A DNA stretch of 64,000 bases from Candidatus Daviesbacteria bacterium RIFCSPHIGHO2_12_FULL_37_16 (GTDB lineage Bacteria > Patescibacteriota > Microgenomatia > Daviesbacterales > UBA10151): contig MFDF01000023.1 in assembly GCA_001776785.1 (NCBI GenBank), forward strand, positions 60,432-124,431, given 5' to 3'. This document shows positions 58,302-64,000 of the stretch, piece by piece (within the stretch, counting starts at the first letter, position 1; each line of letters begins with the position of its first letter). A model generated the notes under the pieces. The model was not told where the DNA came from. It worked only from the letters and a program-made list of their open reading frames with translations, and did no database searches. The position numbers and the translations under genes are program-made.

Positions 58302-61181
58302 ATGTTAAATATATTTAGCAAACTTATTGATGCTAATCAGAGAGAAGTGAAAAGGCTTGCAAATACAGTCAGGGAAGTTAATTCCCTAGAGCCTAAAATT
58401 AAAAAACTCACAGATTCTCAAATTAAGTCAAAATCAGAGGAGTTGAGGAAAAAAGCTCAAAGTGGTGAGGATTTAAATAAGTTATTGCCTGAGGCTTTTG
58501 CACTTATTAGGGAAGCAGCTTTTAGAAGTTTAGGCCAGAGGCACTTTGATGTCCAGCTTATTTCTGCAGCTGCATTGCATGAAGGGAAGATTGCTGAACA
58601 AAGAACTGGTGAGGGTAAGACTTTGTCTGCCACTCCTGCTGTATTTTTGAATGCATTAACAGGTAAAGGGGTACATGTTATTACTGTAAATGATTATTTG
58701 GCCAGAAGAGATGCTGGATGGATGGGGCCAATTTACCACATGCTTGGGGTGAGTGTAGCTGTTATAGTTCATGATGCAGCTTACCTTTATGATCCAAAAT
58801 ATTCTGCAAAGGATGTAAGTGATAAAAGACTTAAGCATTTAAAACCTGTTTTCAGAAAAGAAGCTTATTATGCAGATATAACTTATGGGACTAACAATGA
58901 GTTTGGATTTGATTATTTGCGGGATAACATGGCCCTTTCTTTGGAAAACCAAAACCAGAGAGGCCACTTTTATGCAATTGTTGATGAGGTTGACTCAATT
59001 TTAATTGATGAGGCAAGAACCCCTTTAATTATTTCTGCACCTGCCCAGGAAGCTACTGACAAATATATCCAGTTTACAAAGATAATAGATAAGTTATCTG
59101 CAGATACAGATTATGTAATTGATGAAAAACTAAGGACTGCCCATTTAACAGAGCATGGGACTTTAAAAATTGAAAAAATTTTGGGGGTAGATAACCTATA
59201 TGAGAAAGATTTTTCTTCTTTACATCATATGGAGGAAGCTTTAAAAGCCAAAACACTTTTTCAGATAGATAAAGATTATGTGGTTAAAGATGGGGAGGTA
59301 ATTATTGTTGATGAGTTTACCGGAAGGCTGATGCCTGGGAGAAGATATTCAGAGGGGCTTCATCAGGCAATTGAAGCAAAAGAGGGTGTGCAAATTCAGC
59401 AGGAGTCCCAAACTTTGGCAACCATTTCTTTCCAGAATTACTTTAGGATGTATGAAAAACTTGCAGGTATGACTGGTACAGCTGCAACAGAGGCAGAAGA
59501 GTTTCATAAAATCTATAAACTGGATGTTATTATTGTGCCTACTAATATGGACATGATAAGAATTGATGATGCTGATGCAATTTATAAAACTATTGGTGCA
59601 AAATATTCAGCTGTAGCAGCAGAGATAGAAAAAATTCATGCTACTGGACAGCCAGTTTTAGTTGGTACTACATCAATTGAAAAAAATGAATTTTTATCTG
59701 ACCTTTTAAAGAAAAAGAAGATCTCCCATGCTCTTTTAAATGCTAAAAATCATGAAAAAGAAGCTGAGATTATTGCAGATGCAGGAGCCAAGGGTGCTGT
59801 GACAGTTGCTACAAACATGGCAGGAAGAGGAGTGGATATCCAGTTGGCTAAGGGGGTAGCAGAGCTTGGGGGGCTTTATGTAATTGGTACTGAAAGGCAT
59901 GAGTCCAGAAGGATTGATAATCAGCTTAGGGGTAGGTCTGGAAGGCAGGGGGATCCAGGTGTCTCTAAGTTTTTTGTTTCATTGGAGGATGATTTAATGA
60001 GGATTTTTGGAGGGGACCAAGTGGCAAAAGTGATGAACTTTTTAAAGATGCCTGAGGATGTACCAATTGAGAATCCTCTTGTTTCTAAAGCAATTGAAGG
60101 GGCCCAGAAAAAAGTTGAGGGTCACAACTTTGATATCAGAAAACACACTGTTGAATATGATGATGTGATGAATCAGCAAAGACAGATTATTTATGGGGTA
60201 AGAAAGCAAATTTTAGAAGCAACAAGTCAGTCGTCAGTCGTCAGTCGTCAGTCGTCAGACTCCTTGAAAGAGCAGATACTTGAGAAGGTTGATAAAGAGA
60301 TTGAAGGAGTAGTTTTGGCAAATTCCCAGGATGGAGTAGATTTTGAAAAAATTGTTGAGGATATGTCTACCATAGTTCCTTTTGATGATAAATCTAAAAT
60401 AGATTTGCAAAAACAGGTAGAACAATTAAATTCTGAGCATATAACTGAATTTTTAATTAAGCTTGCAAGAGATTTATATGGGCAAAGGGAAAAACAGGTG
60501 GGAGAAGATATATCAAGACAGATGGAGACATTTGTTTATTTAAATACTATAGATACACTTTGGATTGAGCATTTAGATACTATGGATGATCTAAGGGCAG
60601 GGATTGGGCTCAGGGGTTATGCCCAAAGGGATCCTTTGGTTGAATATAAAAAAGAAGGGTTTGATTTATTTGAGAGATTACTTATAAATGTAGATTCAGA
60701 GGTAGTCCATAGGATTTTTAAAGTTTCAGTAGAGCACAGGCATCCAATTGCTCCCCAGCCTGTGGTGGATCTGGATAAAGCTCTGGAAGAGCATGAAGAA
60801 GCATTAGATGAGAAAACTTTGATGGAAGAAGTAGGACAATTAATGCCGCAAGTAGAAGAGACAAGAGACAAGATACAAGATACAAATAATGGGGAAACTA
60901 AGGTTGTGGTAGAAGGGTCAAGTAATGATGCTGCATATTCAACACCTGAACCCTCCCGTCATTCTGAACAAGTTTTGGAATCTGTACCAGATGTAGTAGT
61001 TGAACAGCCATCACCAACTACAAAAGTAACTGTTGAAAGAGGGGGGCAAGTTGTTGCCCAGCAAGTTTATAGAGAAGATGGAGGTTTGCAACAAAATAAA
61101 ATTGGCAGGAATGATCCTTGTCCCTGTGGATCAGGGCTTAAGTGGAAGAAGTGCCATCTAAATAGGGAACCGCAAGGATAG
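58302..61181 (+). CDS. secA: Preprotein translocase ATPase SecA (ORF open from 58215; likely start is the ATG at 58302, MLNIFSKLID...)
   Basis: DEAD motor (TGEGKTL, DEVDSILIDEARTPLIIS). C-terminal Zn-binding CPCGSGLKWKKCH. Confidence 0.9.
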   Translation: MLNIFSKLIDANQREVKRLANTVREVNSLEPKIKKLTDSQIKSKSEELRKKAQSGEDLNKLLPEAFALIREAAFRSLGQRHFDVQLISAAALHEGKIAEQRTGEGKTLSATPAVFLNALTGKGVHVITVNDYLARRDAGWMGPIYHMLGVSVAVIVHDAAYLYDPKYSAKDVSDKRLKHLKPVFRKEAYYADITYGTNNEFGFDYLRDNMALSLENQNQRGHFYAIVDEVDSILIDEARTPLIISAPAQEATDKYIQFTKIIDKLSADTDYVIDEKLRTAHLTEHGTLKIEKILGVDNLYEKDFSSLHHMEEALKAKTLFQIDKDYVVKDGEVIIVDEFTGRLMPGRRYSEGLHQAIEAKEGVQIQQESQTLATISFQNYFRMYEKLAGMTGTAATEAEEFHKIYKLDVIIVPTNMDMIRIDDADAIYKTIGAKYSAVAAEIEKIHATGQPVLVGTTSIEKNEFLSDLLKKKKISHALLNAKNHEKEAEIIADAGAKGAVTVATNMAGRGVDIQLAKGVAELGGLYVIGTERHESRRIDNQLRGRSGRQGDPGVSKFFVSLEDDLMRIFGGDQVAKVMNFLKMPEDVPIENPLVSKAIEGAQKKVEGHNFDIRKHTVEYDDVMNQQRQIIYGVRKQILEATSQSSVVSRQSSDSLKEQILEKVDKEIEGVVLANSQDGVDFEKIVEDMSTIVPFDDKSKIDLQKQVEQLNSEHITEFLIKLARDLYGQREKQVGEDISRQMETFVYLNTIDTLWIEHLDTMDDLRAGIGLRGYAQRDPLVEYKKEGFDLFERLLINVDSEVVHRIFKVSVEHRHPIAPQPVVDLDKALEEHEEALDEKTLMEEVGQLMPQVEETRDKIQDTNNGETKVVVEGSSNDAAYSTPEPSRHSEQVLESVPDVVVEQPSPTTKVTVERGGQVVAQQVYREDGGLQQNKIGRNDPCPCGSGLKWKKCHLNREPQG
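60228..60258 (+). repeat. Tandem heptanucleotide repeat (CAGTCGT)x4.4 inside secA, encoding SQSSVVSRQSS
   Basis: Seen directly. The 7-nt unit is not a multiple of 3. Confidence 0.7.
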
Positions 61182-61201
61182 GTTGTTCTACAATCCTATA
61201 A

Positions 61202-62770
61202 CTAGAATCGAAAATCTATTTCAATTTTTCCATTTCCTGCTCTGATCTCTTTGACTATCATACGTAGTACATGTTTTCTCTCTTCAAGTTCCGAACTATC
61301 CCATAAAGTATTGAAGTCATCTAGGGATTTAGTAAATTTCTCTAGCTCTTTGCGACGCTCATTAAGTTGTTGAACCTTAAATTGATAATCATCGGTTACC
61401 ACATGGTATTTAGTTACCTCTTCCTCCAGACGCTTCATATTGCCCGCATACACATCTATAGAGTCAATACCCGCCTCGTATGCCTCTTTGACTCTCTCAC
61501 GTCTTCTATCGATATCTGCGAGGTGCTTAGCTGCTAATTTGTAATCTGATTCAAGGTTATCTGTAATAGCAATATTTCTGTCAAATATAAGCCTTTCTCT
61601 GGCAGTAGGATTGTTTACGAGATTGCGTATCTGATTCAAGACAAAATCTTCAAGCCTTGTTGCACTCATAATCCTTCGTTGGCATATTCCACTGTACTTG
61701 TAGCCTCCGCACAAGTACTCATAAGTAGTGGTATCATTCCATTTCGGATTTTTCTTCTTTCTGTTGTGGTGGCGGGTAAGATAAGTTACACCTGATCCGC
61801 AACGAATACATTTTGCTATGCCTGTAAGTAAACCTCTGCTTTGTTTTGCTCGTCCTTTTTGCGAGTTTCCCCTAATCCTTTTCTCCTTTTGAGCGAGCTT
61901 AAATATTTCTTCAGGTATAATGGCTTTGTGTATTCCGTCTTCAACAATGCCTTTATGATCTCGTAACTTTCGTTGTTTGTTTTTTGCATAGTCTGCATGT
62001 CTCCAACCCCAAAGTACCTTTCCAGTATAAGTTTGGTTTTGAAGCATATATTTGATCGCTTGGGCTCTCCAATATTTACCTCTTGGAGGTTTTATGCCTT
62101 TTTCTGTGAGTGCAAAGGCAATACTTAAAGCCCCTCTTCCTTTAGTGTATTCTTCAAATATCCAGCGAATAGTTTTAGCGTTTTCTTCATCAACCTCAAC
62201 TTTTCTTTGAACTTTATTTTTATCATCAATCCAACGAATAATTTTATAACCATAGGGCACGTTGTTTGGTATCTTTCCAGCTTTTGCTACAGCTACCTTA
62301 CCCATCGTCATTCTACGCCTGATCTTATTCCTTTCGATTTCGTTCATGGTGTCACTGAAGCCTTCTACCATTATGCCTAAGTCGTCATCTGTAGGATCGT
62401 AAAGTTTTGGATCTCTCGGCTCAACAGGGGTTGCAAGCGAATACGTTTGTATAAATATCTTCTTTAGCTCATCTCTAGATTTAGTAGCCAGTGATTTATT
62501 TCGTGCAAATCTATCAAAATCTTTTACTATTACAAGATCGAATTTGTAGGCAAGGGCATCCTGCATGAGTTTTTGGAAACCTAGTCTTTCTTCCATTAAA
62601 TGGCCACTTTCTGCGTCGATATAGGGTTCTTCAACCAGTTCCCAGCCGTGATCGGCTATGGCTTTTTTGCACACTCTTATTTGATCGGGGATAGATTCCT
62701 TGCCGTCTGCTTGTTCTTTTGTTGAGACTCTTCCGTAAATAACAGCTCTAATTTTAAATTTATTTTCCAT
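61202..62770 (-). CDS. Large serine recombinase (resolvase N-domain + recombinase domain + Zn-ribbon + coiled coil)
   Basis: AVIYGRVSTKEQ (catalytic Ser). C-terminal CxxC...C Zn-ribbon (CIRCGS...CGGYKYSGIC). Confidence 0.8.
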   Translation of the reverse strand: MENKFKIRAVIYGRVSTKEQADGKESIPDQIRVCKKAIADHGWELVEEPYIDAESGHLMEERLGFQKLMQDALAYKFDLVIVKDFDRFARNKSLATKSRDELKKIFIQTYSLATPVEPRDPKLYDPTDDDLGIMVEGFSDTMNEIERNKIRRRMTMGKVAVAKAGKIPNNVPYGYKIIRWIDDKNKVQRKVEVDEENAKTIRWIFEEYTKGRGALSIAFALTEKGIKPPRGKYWRAQAIKYMLQNQTYTGKVLWGWRHADYAKNKQRKLRDHKGIVEDGIHKAIIPEEIFKLAQKEKRIRGNSQKGRAKQSRGLLTGIAKCIRCGSGVTYLTRHHNRKKKNPKWNDTTTYEYLCGGYKYSGICQRRIMSATRLEDFVLNQIRNLVNNPTARERLIFDRNIAITDNLESDYKLAAKHLADIDRRRERVKEAYEAGIDSIDVYAGNMKRLEEEVTKYHVVTDDYQFKVQQLNERRKELEKFTKSLDDFNTLWDSSELEERKHVLRMIVKEIRAGNGKIEIDFRF

Positions 62771-62790
62771 ATTACATTTAATCGAACAAT

Positions 62791-63027
62791 TTATTTCTTC
62801 AACTTAATTTCTACTGAATTCAAATAAGCCAAGACATCTTCTTTTCTATAGCGTCTATCATTTCTGGAACCTACACGAATAGCTACAAGCTTTCCTTTTT
62901 TGTCCCATTCCCTTAAAGTCCAATTGCTAACCCCTAGAATTCTTGCTGTTTGCTCAAGTGTTAAGAGATATCCCCAAGTATTTGGATCTGAAGGAGAAAA
63001 TAAACTAGTTGATTTACTATTTACCAT
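62791..63027 (-). CDS. Excisionase-family helix-turn-helix DNA-binding protein
   Basis: LTLEQTARILGVSNWTLREWDKKGKL...R..YRKEDV matches HTH_17/excisionase (MerR-like). Confidence 0.6.
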   Translation of the reverse strand: MVNSKSTSLFSPSDPNTWGYLLTLEQTARILGVSNWTLREWDKKGKLVAIRVGSRNDRRYRKEDVLAYLNSVEIKLKK

Positions 63028-63068
63028 AACTTATACTAAGTTAACCATAGTTAAATGTAAAATGCAAT

Positions 63069-63887
63069 ATGAATAATGATGTAATCTTAGATTCTCTGAG
63101 ACTAGTAAAAAATATTCTTAATTCGCTACTGCCAGAAGAAAAAGGAGCAATAGTAAATATTGCTAGAGATAAAAGAGATTCTTTCCAACTTAAAGGAATA
63201 GCAACAATATATGGCTACAAACAAGACAAGACGCCTGTATTTTTAGAAAAACATGGAGTAATAGAGGCTATAAACACTAGAAAATGGCACGTCGATAATG
63301 TTGATGAAAATGATGATTGGGTAAAGCAAGTCTTGCCAGAAATAAATTTCGTAGATCCTATTTTTACAAAAGCTCTCGCTAAAGATTACTTAGAAGATAA
63401 TCAAATACCTAAATATTATTACGAGGCTACTTATTGGGGTGGAGTTCCTACTGTTTACTCATGGGGGCCTAAGAAAGATAGACATGCAGCAATTTTAGTT
63501 AGCGTTGACGGCCTCAATAAGTTTATAGAAATGTTTGATGTTCAAAATAGTAAATTTGCTCAGAAAGAAAAAATCGTGACATTTGATGATGCGACTGGTG
63601 AGGTTAAAGTAAGTGGTAATACTTTAGGTAAGATAAGAAAAAATACAGATCAGTTTGAATTATGCAATGTAGTTCTTAAGAATGGAGCCTCTAAAAAGAA
63701 AACATGGGAATGGGATGAGATATTAAATAAGTGGCATATGGATAATCTAGATAATCTAAAGGCTAAGAAAATGAAGGTTTATCGTGCAGCTCGGGAGATA
63801 AATAAAAAAATTGCTCAAGTTAGTGAATATAAAGAATTCTATATTTTTACTACTAACACCTTACAGCTAAATCCTATCTTCAAATAA
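63069..63887 (+). CDS. Hypothetical protein, element cargo (272 aa)
   Basis: Clean ORF divergent from the recombinase operon. No domain recognised. Confidence 0.45.
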   Translation: MNNDVILDSLRLVKNILNSLLPEEKGAIVNIARDKRDSFQLKGIATIYGYKQDKTPVFLEKHGVIEAINTRKWHVDNVDENDDWVKQVLPEINFVDPIFTKALAKDYLEDNQIPKYYYEATYWGGVPTVYSWGPKKDRHAAILVSVDGLNKFIEMFDVQNSKFAQKEKIVTFDDATGEVKVSGNTLGKIRKNTDQFELCNVVLKNGASKKKTWEWDEILNKWHMDNLDNLKAKKMKVYRAAREINKKIAQVSEYKEFYIFTTNTLQLNPIFK

Positions 63888-64000
63888 TTGTTTGTCTAAC
63901 ATTATATAAATTTAGACAAATCCTCTTTTTGTAAACTTTGGTTGACATGCAAAGTCAGCCATTTTCAAAACTCACACCAGAACAACAAGAGAAGGTAATA

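Larger units (their letters stand above)
61182..64000. mobile_element. Integrated element (prophage/integrative island fragment) with a large serine recombinase, extending past the window end
   Basis: Recombinase plus excisionase-family HTH plus an unknown cargo gene start 21 nt after the secA stop. The right boundary is not in the window. Confidence 0.5.

Noticed and set aside
60228-60258. CRISPR-like short repeat
   Set aside because: This is a 7-nt microsatellite inside secA with no spacers. No CRISPR array or cas genes in the window.

Overview
This 64 kb window is AT-rich, compact bacterial DNA. Its gene content looks like a Candidate Phyla Radiation / Patescibacteria-type genome. That call is an inference from: split transketolase, class II RNR with NrdR, lamin-tail-domain and PT-linker surface proteins, many tiny membrane proteins, and leaderless-looking starts. 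Housekeeping genes I recognise: secD, secF, secA, comM/yifB, lon, typA/bipA, hppA (membrane pyrophosphatase), lysS, serS, nrdR plus nrdJ (B12-dependent RNR) plus a cob(I)alamin adenosyltransferase, rpiB, rpe, split tkt, cyclophilin, a D,D-carboxypeptidase, an L,D-transpeptidase, tRNA-Gln(CTG) and tRNA-Glu(CTC). Accessory content: (1) a CsoR-controlled copper-homeostasis island, ~25.4-31.1 kb (operator palindrome, csoR, DUF305, three tiny membrane proteins, an HXXEE protein, a CopA-like P1B-ATPase with an unusual CPD TM6 motif, DsbA, and a CxxC membrane protein). (2) A very tight module of a GAF histidine kinase translationally coupled to two unknown proteins with a convergent OmpR-type regulator (15.8-19.6 kb). 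(3) A BrnT/BrnA toxin-antitoxin pair. (4) An integrated element at the right edge (large serine recombinase plus excisionase-family HTH plus cargo) abutting the secA stop codon. (5) A cohesin/dockerin surface protein next to a beta-helix protein. (6) At least three families of conserved GC-rich intergenic repeats 40-110 nt long, which I consider the most unusual sequence-level signal. One of them shares an exact 25-mer between two loci, and another shows partly compensatory substitutions in a putative closing helix. (7) A 50-nt GC-rich palindromic module inserted in-frame in an HD-domain gene. (8) Att-like duplications of both ends of tRNA-Glu. No CRISPR array, reverse transcriptase or rRNA was seen. 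All functional calls rest on motif recognition by eye from the translated ORFs. No database search was run.
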